Below, one piece after another: positions 36,946 through 49,833 of a stretch of DNA of 64,000 nt. Below the pieces are notes generated by a model, which saw nothing but the letters and a program-made list of their open reading frames with translations, was not told the DNA's origin and did not search any database. Source of the stretch: Zancudomyces culisetae HAW-14-8. Its lineage: Eukaryota > Fungi > Kickxellomycota. The position numbers and the translations under genes are program-made. Every line of letters begins with the position of its first letter. The first letter of the stretch is position 1. The stretch lies in NCBI GenBank assembly GCA_052426225.1, contig JBNJNM010000015.1, positions 806,001 to 870,000 on the forward strand, given 5' to 3'.

Positions 36946-39624
36946 TGTTCAGCCGCGATTATGGATTGTGTGCTTCGATTCTCTCTTGTATTCTATACAT
37001 TTAGCACACTGGAAAAGTTTATGTTTATTCTCTTATCCTCGCTATACTATTTATTTTGCGCCAATTGTATGTGCTTTGAGTAATGTTTTACTAGTTTTTT
37101 CTCTAGTTTTAGTCAGATAAATTTGCCGAGCTATTTTATGGAAAACAAAAATAAAGAAAAAAAACTTTAATAATCTTTACCCAATTATATTGATGCTTGC
37201 ACATTAATTGTAATAGCACATATACCCAACCAACATAGAGTTTTGTAAACTATTGAATAGACTAAAAAATGAGCAACAATAGTGTAGAATACAGAGTACA
37301 GAACTGCTGATGTTATGCTCAGCCACTTGATTATTCATAACCAAAATGATAATTTATAATAGCCTAATACAAAAGAACAAACATATGTTAGTATACATTT
37401 GAATTTTAATTTCCCTTATAGAATTCCCCCTTTCTAGAATAATGATGATAATCAAAAAGGAAGAAAGAGAATCGTTGAGAATAGAAACAGATGAGAAGCA
37501 AATAAAAAACAAAGTGGTGTTTTTTTTAGCCCCCCCCCCCCATTCTAGCCATTTGAGGCGACTAAATAGTAAAAACATTTTCAGCGGCATATTTTTAGAT
37601 AATAGAGCGCCCTATTTTAGTCTTTTTTGTTATTTTTGGAAAAGTATACTGCACCCTAGAACCTGGAAAAAAAACACCATAGCCGTGTGACTCGTCGAAT
37701 CAGACTCTGATGTTCGTAATATATTTCATTTCATGCACAATATTCAGTTAACTTTGCTGAAAAACTGTACTATGATGCTCTCGCCATGATTTACCATTCC
37801 CACGTTTATAAAAAATACCAAAATATAGGATATTGTAGTTGTAATGTTAGTATAAAATGGTCTGCACTTGTATTTAGCTCTCAGCATAAGTATCTTGTAT
37901 TATCCTCTTTTCTACCCTTCTCTCTTATTTGGACCATACCAAAACTTTAAATATGCTCTTTGTTATGATTTTAAGTCTAAACTATAGAAGGGATAAGAAA
38001 AAATAAAGTAGTTACCCTGACTTTAGTTTTGTATATTGAACACATCAGATGGAGAAAAAAATGTGTTGGTACATAACCCTGTTTACTAAGAAAGCTTTAT
38101 GTGAAACGTTTGCTATTTTTGTATTTCTCAATTCTCTTTTAAACAGAAAAGAAAAGATATACGAGCTTAGTGGCATATGACTACAATTAGTTGAATTGAA
38201 TTAGATGAACAAACATTATACACATGATAAATAAATGGTGATTTTCGTTATCCTCAGCTTAGCTAGCCGAGGTTAGCCAAGAAAGAAAAATAAAGAAACT
38301 AAACTGCTTGATACTCTTCGACTTCCGATACAAACGATGTTTGTCAGAAAACATATTGGCCTTACAACAAACATCTTTTTGTTTGGCGTAAATATGGGAC
38401 AGTCCCCAGATTCTGCAAAATAAAAATAACCAATTTGAAAAGGAAGGTGTGAACTTTGCTGCGCATCAGAGGTGGAGGCTACCGCTACTGGCGACAGTCT
38501 TGAAGATAAAAAAGAAATCTTAGCGGATCTAGAGGCAAAAACACATAAAACTGTTAGTGAGAATGGCTGTTGCAAGAAACCAATACGCCAAAAACTCGAT
38601 GGGCACATACGGGAAATACAACAACCCTTGACAGTATTCCGAAATTAATATCAGTAGAGATATCGTTCAACTTATGCCTACATACGCTTATGACTTTGTT
38701 CACCTTTTCCAATTTCTTCGTTTTGCTCTTTATAAATTAAAAAAGCAAGAAGGAATAACACGGGCTTTATTGAATTTTTGAGGGTATCTATATCGAGGTG
38801 TATGAAGGAGAGTGGTACATGGCATAGCCGTACAACATCTGCCTGTATGTACCGCTTGTTCTTGCTAAGAATGCGCGGGCAACTCCACTATACTGGTATC
38901 AACTATAAACATGAATTGTAGACTTAAAAAGATATTTCGGGATGCCAACCTTAGTTGTTGCATAATTTCTATTTCTAGTACATATCTCCTATATTTGAAG
39001 GCTAAAGTGTCAAAAGAAGCAAAATGAAGTGTACCAATTTAGTTCATCTTTTCTATAAAAAAAAAGGATTAAAAGATTCACATGATTTGACCAAATCATA
39101 AGGGAGGGGGGAGGGGTAAAAGGAATGGAGCGAAAGGTACTCGAAAATAGCATTATTTGCGAAATAAATTGACAATGATGAATGGCTAAAAACTGGAGAA
39201 AAAGAAATATGGGTTTGGTGGAGGGGGGGAGAGCGAGAGGGTGGTTATTTTACCACTAAATTTCTGTATTCCCGTATTTTATGTATTTTTCCATTTTACT
39301 AAAATGCGCAAAAATGTGAAAATAAATTGCGATGAATTAATGAAAAGCAAGAGCAAAATATCGCTGTTTTAAACCGCGCTAATTTTGAGCAAGAACGTGC
39401 CAATTATCGAGAAGAAAAAGACATGAACCTGACTCTCCCAAACTCTTGTTTGTTGTTTTATTATCGCTAGTTGTAGAAAGATATTGTGTAGGCAACTACT
39501 ATACTTTCAAACCATAATAACTTATTACCCAAATCTTAATATAAACAGTATTGAATAACACTTTCTAGTGCTTGCAAAACCCGGGCTAGGAGGGTGAATT
39601 ATTGTAGTTTATCAAACAAACAGA

Positions 39625-41166
39625 ATGAATTTAAAAATAACTATAAGGGCTGTGGCGGCATGTGTAGTACTAAATTTGCCAGTGGTGCTTGGTGGTTCAA
39701 GCAGACAAAAGGTCTTGCAAAAAGAGCAACTGAATTATGTAAGTGAAATGTTGAGAGAGCCATTCTTTTATTCAGAAAGGGACAACTATGAAGCCAAGAA
39801 AAATCACAAACCAAAATACCTAGAAGAAAAAGAGAATGAGTGGAAGGCAACGGTTCAAATGGAAGAGCTCAAGGGATACCAACTGCGCGTTAAACAGCCA
39901 AAACTGTGCACTACACAGGAAGAAAAATCATATTCGGGGTATATAGATATTGAAGATAAAAAACACTTTTTTTTCTGGTTTTTTGAGGCTCAAAATGGAA
40001 AAAAGGACGCACCAATTGTGCTATGGATGAATGGTGGGCCAGGGTGTAGCTCGTTTGCAGGATTGCTCATGGAGCTAGGACCATGCTACGTTAATGAACA
40101 CGGAAATGGAACAGTACCAAATGCATATGGATGGAACAAGGAGGCACATGTAATATTCCTGGACCAGCCGCTAAACGTAGGCTTTTCATATGGCAAAGAA
40201 GATGGGTATGGAAGCATTATGGCAGGAAAGGATGTGTATGCATTCTTGCAGCTGTTTGTGAAACTGTTTGATGAATATAAGGATAGCCCGCTGCACGTAT
40301 TTGGTGAGAGCTATGCAGGCCACTACGTACCAGCTACTGCTAAAGCTATAAATGAGGGAAATAGGGACAATGTTGGGTTGAATAAGCTGAATCTGGTAAG
40401 CATTGGGATTGGAAACGGAATCTCCGACCCACTGGAACAGTACAAATACTACGGGAAAATGGCATGCAACTCAACATACCCACCCGTTTTGAGCCAGAGC
40501 AAGTGTGACAAAATCGACAGCCACTACCCAACATGTTCATTTTTGATCAAAGGCTGTTATCGCTTCAAAAACGTCTTTGCGTGTGTTCCACCATCACAGT
40601 ACTGTAACTCAAATATGATGATGCCGTACTACAACGCCGGACTAAACCCCTATGATGTTCGTGTCATGTGTGAAGGCGGAAACCTTTGTTATCCAATTAC
40701 CCAAAACATTGAAAAATTCTTGAATCACCCACACATTCAACGTGAACTAGGTTCTGATGTCTCAACATTCGAGCTCTGCAGCCAAAAGGTATATTCCGGT
40801 TTTCTGTTGAATGGCGACTGGATGAAACCTTACATGGATGAAATCCCTCCCTTGCTGGAAAGCGGCATCAAGGTATTGATCTATGCTGGTGATGCTGATT
40901 GGATCTGCAATTGGTATGGCAACAAGGCATTTTTGGAATTGCTCGAGTGGTCCGGCAAAGCCGCGTACAACAATGCGACTGATCGTATTTGGCAATCTGT
41001 AAAGGTTCCAAATTCCAAGTTCAATGATTATGAGGGTAGCGGTAAGATTAAGAGCCACGGAGGGCTTACCTTCTTGCAGTTGTTTGAGGCTGGGCATATG
41101 GTTCCCTACGATCAGCCTGAGAATTCCTTGGACATGATTAACAGATGGGTTTCGGGCACTTTATAG
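39625..41166 (+). CDS. PRC1: Serine carboxypeptidase S10 (carboxypeptidase Y-like)
   Basis: Signal peptide, WMNGGPGCSS, GESYAG, YAGDADWICN, AGHMVPYDQP. Confidence 0.93.
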   Translation: MNLKITIRAVAACVVLNLPVVLGGSSRQKVLQKEQLNYVSEMLREPFFYSERDNYEAKKNHKPKYLEEKENEWKATVQMEELKGYQLRVKQPKLCTTQEEKSYSGYIDIEDKKHFFFWFFEAQNGKKDAPIVLWMNGGPGCSSFAGLLMELGPCYVNEHGNGTVPNAYGWNKEAHVIFLDQPLNVGFSYGKEDGYGSIMAGKDVYAFLQLFVKLFDEYKDSPLHVFGESYAGHYVPATAKAINEGNRDNVGLNKLNLVSIGIGNGISDPLEQYKYYGKMACNSTYPPVLSQSKCDKIDSHYPTCSFLIKGCYRFKNVFACVPPSQYCNSNMMMPYYNAGLNPYDVRVMCEGGNLCYPITQNIEKFLNHPHIQRELGSDVSTFELCSQKVYSGFLLNGDWMKPYMDEIPPLLESGIKVLIYAGDADWICNWYGNKAFLELLEWSGKAAYNNATDRIWQSVKVPNSKFNDYEGSGKIKSHGGLTFLQLFEAGHMVPYDQPENSLDMINRWVSGTL

Positions 41167-41289
41167 TTTTGCTTAATCGGTTTTTCTTTATCTTAATACA
41201 AAAGTATGAGTGGCTTTACTAGTCAACATGAAACTAAAATAAAAATAAAAATAAAAGTAAAAATAAAAGTGAAATTGAAAAACAAGAGC

Positions 41290-42990
41290 TCAAATACGGC
41301 CATTCATTATTTCAATTTCCTCTTGACTAAAGGTGAGGCCTCTGCTTATATCCTGGTACTTTTCATCAATTTCTACATCAGAAAGATTGGCTGAGAATTG
41401 CGCTATGTTTTCTTCCCCATAGCTTTCATTAGCGCTGCGATTGAGCCCAGGAAAGTGGTTGATCTCTATATTGCCCCTTTCGCTGTATCCCCTTAGAAAC
41501 ATGCTGATGTTGTTGGTCGTGCTGTTGGTGGTAGCAAAATGTACGTCTCTTATCATTGTTTGTGTAGTCGTGAAACCCGAGATCCGCGGTTCGTTTATTG
41601 GAGCACTCACCCTTTGGCGCACTTCTGGTGCATTTTTCTTGTCTCGTCTCCAAAAGAACAAAAAGTTGCCTTTCCGCCCAAACTTTGAAGCAACACCGCC
41701 TCTGTTTGTTGCATCTATCCCTCCCCTATTTCTATTCACGCCTCTGGTACCGATTGTTCCGCTATGCCCCATATGCGTTGTATCGGAGAGCGATAGATCC
41801 AAAATATACTCGTTACTGTTGGCCCCCGGATTCCCGGCACTCTTCGCCTTTTCCATTGTAAACAAGTATTTGGTCAGCTCATTGCTAAGTCCGCCGCCCC
41901 CCATTGTGCTATTGTTCAATCCACCTATCCCGTTGTATTTGCTATCCATCATCCCATTGTCCATTTCTTCTAAATCTACCTGGCCTCGATCAACAATTTT
42001 TATCTGTTTCAGCTGGGTTCGTATATTTAACCCCAAATTCTTTAAACTTAGTATACTCAACACCACTATTGTTATTAGTAACAGTTCTCCAAGAACCAAA
42101 AACACTGTCATAAAGTTAACAAATGTCTGCATCTCGCCAATTATTACTTTAACCTTTACCATGAAATACACGAAAAGCCCCGCTATTCCAATGTTCGTAG
42201 TAATACATGTACACAGCAGCCATCGCATTTCTTGAACCAAACCAAAGTGAGTGGTCCAGAGTGCTGCTTCCAATGCAACACACACAAGTAACCCCACAAA
42301 GAACGTCTGCGCCGACTGTGAAATAACCACCAAGTACTGAATCAACAACAACAGGTACACCACGCTCTCAATCATAACCATTCCTAGCAAGCTTTGTTGT
42401 AGTAGATACCCCCTTTTCAACGCTAGGTTGGCTCCCAGCGCACGGTAGACCAGCCATTCAAACTCTCTCCTCAGTCTCTTCCACAAAATACCGCATTTAA
42501 CGCCAATCCCAAGAGGCAATATTGCCACCAAAATCAGCGAATAAGCCCGTGATCTTTCAATAACAATACTCTGTGTAATTACATATAGCCATGTACATAT
42601 TTCAAATCCTAGTTCTGTTGTCAGCACCAATACTGACTTGTAAAGCAGCGCGTAGTATATCATACCCGCTGAAATAACCTGTGTAAACACAAATAGTGCT
42701 CCAAATACCACATACGGATTTTTTTTTTACCCTCTCATTTTTTTGCGCAAAGATAAACAAGAGCTCCACTATTATGTTGAGTATGATATGTACTATACTT
42801 ATTAAAAAATATAGCTTGACTGCTGCACTCCACTGCCTTCCTCGTAGAAATGGATTCTAAAATTTTCATAGATTTATTCATTTATCGTTTTGCCGGTCTT
42901 GCATTCTGGAAATGATTAAAGTGTTTAATTTCACTCTGCTTTTTGGATATGTATAAACTATCATCAAGTGCTACTTACCGGTAGTGCCAT
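41290..42990 (-). CDS. Multi-pass membrane protein (conserved fungal uncharacterised type) with disordered C-tail
   Basis: About 7 hydrophobic segments in 41290-42711. Predicted exon 1 ATG GCA CTA CCG (42990-42979) and GTAAGT..TTTTAG intron 42978-42857; one frame break near 42715-42728. Confidence 0.7.
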
Positions 42991-43342
42991 TATTTCTCCA
43001 TGAATCTACACTCTATATTGTCTCACATAAAATATTCTAAGGTAACCAGTTATTATTTTATTATATTTTTAAGGTCGTTTTAATAAATTGCCTGATGGTC
43101 AGATGAGTTTAAAACTCATTTTTACGCCAACTTTGGCGTTTTACAGAATTATTCGAAACCACTAAAATCTGGATAAAATCTGATGAATTCCATTGTTTAC
43201 TTATCCTCTGATCAATCCAATATTATCCAACAAAAAGTGTAAATCGCGTCAATGTTATTTTCCACAAATGCGTTACAATTTTTTATTTTGATTTTGGTCA
43301 AGTTTAACAAAAATACAAAAAACGCCAAAGCTATTAAAAATA

Positions 43343-43650
43343 TTTTTTATTTGCTCGATGAAATTATTACATAAATCACATAAAATTGCAATAAAAAATA
43401 GTCCTGCATAATATCTAGCTAACAAGCTCCCCTCCTTTCGTCTAGAGACCCCTCAATCACTTAGAGGGATTCAAGGTATTTATCCAGTCTTGACAATAAT
43501 ACTACAAAGTTGGCTGTGTTCGGTTCAACCGAGGATAATACCTCGGCTTCTCTCTTCTTATACTTTTTATTTCTAGAGTACGTCCCGGAAGCGATAACCG
43601 TAGTGCTTTCTAGTACATGCGTAGTCCAGAAAAATATATTCAACGGCTTC
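43343..43650 (-). mobile_element. Old 5'-truncated LINE 3' end relic
   Basis: Similar to 49019-49460; minus-strand remnants EAVEYIFLD (zinc-finger region) and SLDERRGAC* (cf. TLESRRGIG*). Confidence 0.7.
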
Positions 43651-43779
43651 TTGATATTAAAAATCACTAATCATCGATCAAAAAAATATAAAGTGGTTAT
43701 AAAACTTTGCACTATCACTTTTGTATTGCAAAAATACTTGTTCAAACAATCTATATACTCTGACTTTACTAGTTCTTTG

Positions 43780-44188
43780 GTTCAACTGTCCATATTTTGA
43801 CAAGTAATTATCAACTCAAGATCATTAGTATCACTTGCAATCCCCATTCTTGATCTAGTGTTTCAACACTTCAACTTTATTTGATTTACAGAGCGTTTTC
43901 GTAGTCTAGGCTTTTGATTTTTCTCAAAATCAACGCCACTACAGCTCCATTCATACGTATTCTGGTGTAATTCTCAAATATGTCTCTCAATCACCACTGG
44001 AAACTATCTTTTGTGCAGGATAGGATATATTCAAGAATATACTCGCCAATAGTATTTACTTGTTGCGAGGAATTGTGCATGTATTTGTTTAGGAGTGATA
44101 GTCGAGGGTTTTGAGCAAGCACAAATATAGTAGACAAGATATTTGCTGGAAGTTTGTTGAATACATCGTCGTTATTGTTGTTATTCAT
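43780..44188 (-). pseudogene. Probable fragment of an F-box-like lineage-specific gene
   Basis: N-terminus FNKLPANILSTIFVLAQNPRLSLLNK resembles an F-box-like LPxxILxxIF motif; ORF stops after 65 aa; downstream boundary approximate. Confidence 0.4.
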
Positions 44189-47003
44189 TCTTTCATAATT
44201 CGAGTCGTTCTTATTTTCTTTCCTTTAAAGTTTAATTAGTTTGCTAGTGGATTAAAGTAAAGAGGAAAGAATAAACTCCGAATGATAGAATCAAATTGGT
44301 TTTATTCTATTTTTTCTTCATTTTTTTGATTTATTTACCTAATCATTGAGTATTATTCAAGTTGTCATTCGCTTCCATTTGATAAATTCAACAAAATCAT
44401 TTGTTTATTTTATTGCACATAATTACCAAATAAATGCAATATATAACCATTGATAATTCAGATTATTGGGTATTACTGTTAGATTTACATCAAACCAGAA
44501 TGCTGGTCTATTTTCAAGACAATAATTTATTCACCTTTGTAGATTTATGGATGATTTGCTAATCAATCAAAAAAAAGTAATTAAAAGTATATAAAGAGAG
44601 TTCAAATACATTTTAGTTCAACAACCAAGAAATACTCCAGTTGAGTACATGCATTAAAGTTATTGTGTTTTTATCACTACCTAACTGAATACAAATTAAC
44701 TAAACGATTACCAAAAAAAAAGTTGACAAACTTTAAAACAAGCAATCTGCCTGTTAATGTATTACCTGGAACATGTTTATTCTTCACAGATCTCACGAGA
44801 TAATTCGGTAGGCAGGTGTATATAACGGACTTCACAAAATCACAGTAACATCCGTTATTATTTATTGAAATATACTAGAACCATTTAAGTACTTTTTTTT
44901 TACGCCAAGTTGTATAATCATCTGAATAGTATTCATTTCTTCGATTAAACAAAGCGGTTGTTGCACTGGTACTAAAGAAAATAAAAGAAGAAGGATATAA
45001 GAGAGTATTGAAGTTCAAATAGGATATAGTTGGAGAGGTATGCTAAATTTGATGAAATTGATGATAATAAATATCCAAAAACTGGTTTGTTAAAGATGCT
45101 GAAGTGTTGAATTAGATATAAACTACTTTATACTCAGTAAAATAAAACTTGTGATTCTTGGATATACAAAATACAATATAATGAGAAAATGATGTCTTTG
45201 AGTAGTTTCAACTACTATCTCACATCAAACATAATGTGGAAAGTTAAATTATATGTTTTTAGATGTCAGTTCAAAACGACCTACTAAACCAAAGTAAATG
45301 ATCGATAAAAAACAATGATTGGAAATTATAATGACATCTTTTATGAACAATATTTCTTACAGCAGTTTTATACAATTCACTAAATGAAAGGTTTTTTAAT
45401 AAGTATTTTGAAGCTGATAATGACTAAAAGTAGCAGATGGATGGAAGATACATATAAAAATCTTTTTGTTTTTCTAATAAATAAACCCTACTTTTAAAAA
45501 CACAGTACTATACAAAATAATAATCACTAGATAGACTACGTAAACACATACCGATGAGGATTGATTACGGAATGTGCTAGATCGGTTGTCATAAAATTCA
45601 ATGGTATATTAGTTTTCATTATACATTAAAACTTTAAAAAACACTCTTATTAATATTTTCTCGAGTACCCAAATTTTAATACGAGAAACAAGGTATTTTC
45701 AAATTGAAAATTAAAAGTAAAGGAATGCAAAAAATTATGAAAACAAAATTTAATATTATTATAACAATCATGACTCGATAACTAAAAATGACAACTATTT
45801 TGATCATGAAAAGTAACAAAAGCCAATATTAATAAGTAATTATGGAAAATTAGATAAAAGTGGTTTTTATTCATTAATTATCAAAAGTTTAAATAAATAC
45901 AAAATGAACTATGAGAAATGAAAGGAAGAATGAAGCAATCTAACAGTACAGAAAACCAAATGGATATAGTAGAACGATTAAATATAGCTAATTATAGCAA
46001 TTTGAAATAAAGAAAAGATGTATAAAGCCAAAAGAAGACTAATTAGAGGATTCCCTAGCTCTTTTAATAGTTTTGTTAGGGAAAGAAGATTAAAATAAGT
46101 AAATGTTAATTATGAACTGAAGTTCAGGTTTGAAATAATGCTACGGCTAGTTAATAAATATTAAGTGTAAAGACAAAAACAAAAACTGTTAAAATCTCAC
46201 ATCAAACACGTTAGGCTTCATTAATAAACTAAGAACCGCATTTATTCAGACAGCTAGAGATGAGGTATGATACTCATCTGGTAGCGATCCATTTGCCGGT
46301 ATCATAGATCATGCTTTTTTACAAATGAAAGAACCCGACATAAAATGGGGTTATGTCGAATCCCATTCAACAGTGGGTACTTGTTTAAAAAAAGATATAG
46401 TCAGAACATTTTAACTTTATATTTGGGTTTTAGGTATAAGGTTATCTTTGACTAGTTGAGAAATATCATTACTGGGATATGGCTTTTTTGAAATATTCAA
46501 TACAGGTTATAAGATTTAAACTCCTTATGAAAAATCAATTTAGTTTTTATTAGATGAAATCCTACTTGTATCGACATTAAAATTCTCCACAGTTTATAGA
46601 ATGTGATTGAATAATATGATATTCAGATGCAATAATAATTCACCATATTCTCATCCATACCTTGTTCAAAAGATGGTAAAGAGTGAACAGTAAATAAGAA
46701 GTATTAGTTTATTTAGTTTATTTTATTTTGTGTAAGATCTATATGCAGAGATAGTTTAGGCTCATTAATTTAGACTTGGATTATTATTTAGCTTCACTTT
46801 AATAAATTGGTTGATATAAACAAAGATTTGATCTGAATATGTGGAAATAATAGTTTTATTAACGGCTAAATTGCACCATAAAAAAGTTACGAAAAATCCT
46901 AAAGAAAATATATTTCCAGGTACGTAAACGAATACATTATGCTTTTGTCCGTGCTTTGCAGATCCTCATTACTAGTAGAAGCTTCTTCTGATCCTTTTCT
47001 TTG

Positions 47004-47588
47004 TCAGTTGCTGGGCTCCATAGAATATTTTAACCTTAATTCGTCTTGTTTTAACTTGATATCAAGTTTATAAATCTCCGAGTTAGCTTTTATCCTATTT
47101 TCCTCTATTGTTAGTCTTTTTTCAAAAATTAAAGTCCTGAATCTTTTGTATTCCAATCACTTATTCTCGATCTCAGCCCTTCTTACTTTTTCATTTTTTT
47201 CATTTTTGTGTTTAATTTTCTCAATTTCTGCCCTCCTTTCTCTTTCTCTTTCTCTTTCTCTTTCTTCCATTTGGTGCTTTAGCTTGCTGTATTCTGCATT
47301 TATTTCCTGTTCTCTATCTTTGTGAGCATTTTCTTTATCTTTACGAGCAGCTTCTCTATTTTCCAGATGTAAAAGCTTTAGATATTCGAAATATAGATAC
47401 GCAAACATCACCAGGAAAATCGGCAGCTCTATAGCTATAAAACTGAGTATAAATTTGATGTCTTTGTTTTCAAATATAACTTCAACAATATGACTTAACT
47501 CCGGCTTTAAAAACACTATAAAGCTAATGTTTGTTAGCTTCCTTATCGTAGTTGACGATGGTCTTTTTATACTTGAAGAGGTTGCCAT
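47004..47588 (-). pseudogene. Small TM plus coiled-coil protein with in-frame TGA
   Basis: 143-aa ORF, then TGA at 47157-47159, then ~50 more open codons of similar composition (LEYKRFRTLIFEKRL..KYSMEPSN*). Confidence 0.55.
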
Positions 47589-49018
47589 ATTCGGTATCAG
47601 TGAAGTCTTTATTTCAATTCTAGATATACTCTATACTTGTTTTTCCAAGTATCACAAACAAATTCGAATGGTATAATGTCAAATATATTGGTCTTTATTA
47701 TCGTTGATTAAAAATTTATGGTTCTTTACGATAAAATAGTCAATTCAACATAGGCAAGTTATTTGGTATTTAATAATATATTCATTAAGCAAAAAAAATC
47801 AACATCAATAAACATTTCAATAAACTCTTTGTGAGTTGAACGAGCAAATTTATTGTATCTGGTAGAAAAATATGACGCTTAATATACTTTGAAATGTGAT
47901 GTTACAAAGGTAGAATAGTTATTTTTTTCTGTAGTGCTACGAATTAGTGAAAATTTAGCTTTAGTAAATTATTCATCAAAGACAGTTTCATTTTTTTGCT
48001 AATGTTAAAAGGAGTGGAAAGTAAAAGCGTACTTGATATTGACTTTATTTTTCAAACAGTGGTCTTAATTTCATATACCAACACTATAATTGTAAAAATG
48101 TTTCCTTGTTAAAAGAAAATCATCATAGTAATTGACTACAACTTTAAATTAATCAATAAACTGTGATTCTGTTCCCTTGAAAGTTAAATAAACAGTTTAG
48201 ATGTAAAAGTCAATATGTTTTTTTTTATTACAAAACATCTAACAAACAAATACCAAAAAATACTAATAAGTTCATTTCCATTGTAATAACAAAACCTGAT
48301 TTGGTCGAGATATTGAGGAAGGTTATGCCCCTAAAAACCTATTTGCTCAATTCTTTTTTTCTTTTCCCTTCACCTTTATAATTGTTATTATCTTAGAGAC
48401 ATTTACTTTGTTTAAAGACAATTTGGTTCCTGTATCGTAACACAGCTCTTTATAGTAAATACCCCCCAAAAAACATATATCTGCTATTGATCTAGAGTCA
48501 ACCTACAAACATCCAATTACCAATATGAATAATTCCAAGTCAAAACAAATTGACTTTTGACTTTACTAGATCTTTGTTAATTTATACATACACTTTGTTT
48601 TAACTATATATTTTTTATAGTACAATTTAGTTATGCTGGATCCAACAAGGTTTGGCTCACTATAGTGGTTGTTATTCAACTCAACCGAGAATAGTAAGCT
48701 GACTATCTAACACTTTGTTTATCATTGCTTCAAACAGTTTTAAAAAAACATTTTATGATTTATTCCGTTATCCTACTTTGTCGAACTATATTAGAATAGC
48801 CTACTAAAGAGTTACCATTCAGCCATCTCTTCAACTCAAAATATCAATACTCCGAAAATACTAGAAGCTGGACTATTCAATATTAATATTATAATATATT
48901 TTACTATTATACACTGTGGTTCTTGTGTAATCACTTTATTTTTGTAAAATAGAACATAGTGTATAATTCATTTAACGTTCAACACCAATGTACAATCAAC
49001 TACAATATCTGAGGACAG

Positions 49019-49700
49019 TTTTTTTTTGCTTAGATTTATTTAATAAATAAATATCACATAAAACTTCAAAAAATAATCCTATAAAATATCTACCTAACCA
49101 ATTCCCCTCCGTCCCTCTAGGGACTCCATACCCACCAGGCGTTAGTTCAAGTAGGTTTTTTCTAATTTAATTCGGTCTGAGATTTGGATCCTCGTTCAAC
49201 ATAATCTGTCCAAAAATTGTGCCGTTACCAGCTCAACCAAAGACGGTGCTTCGGTTTCTCTCTTCTTAACGGAGAGAGTAACCATTCTTTTTGACTCACC
49301 TCCAAGGAATTCTACCTACAAAAACGTTTTGTCATCCTTCACTACTACCTCTCTGCTCACTTCCTACAATTGACATGTCTGGGATACGTTCCAGAAGATT
49401 ATACCTACTTCCTGCGCAGTGTTTGCAGTCCAGAAAAACATGTTCAATGGTTTCTATACAGCTTTTCAGGGTTCAAGCTTTCTGTTGCTTCACCAATTAT
49501 CTTATTTTTACATGAATACACTGTTTTTCCGACTAACACTATCTGTTCACTCCACTTCTCGGCTTTCTGCTAAGCTATTATTATCCATCCATTTATTCAA
49601 AATAGTATTCCATTTTTCATACCTACTCTTTTTATTAGGGTTTCTAAAATATTTAATTTTTCTGTACCAATTGTTTAGTCTCCCGACTTGTACACAGAAA
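49019..49700 (-). mobile_element. 5'-truncated LINE (family B) 3' end
   Basis: T run at 49019; minus translation LN*RLVGMESLEGRRGIG* homologous to ORF2 end LNQCPSGTETLESRRGIG*; ETIEHVFLDC zinc-finger remnant at ~49425-49460; right boundary approximate. Confidence 0.85.
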
Positions 49701-49833
49701 TGAATTTTAAAATGAAAAATGATTGCTTTTTATTTTTCTGATTTTCTATCTTTGAAAGTACAATACATGACAAAATATATTAATAAAGACATATTCAGCC
49801 AAAATACTATTACCATTCTTTCTCAAGTCATAT

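Noticed and set aside
38273-38650. Coding-looking segment (minus 111-aa ORF; plus frame ASEVEATATGDS..)
   Set aside because: No recognisable motif and no ATG or splice path that I could join in frame.
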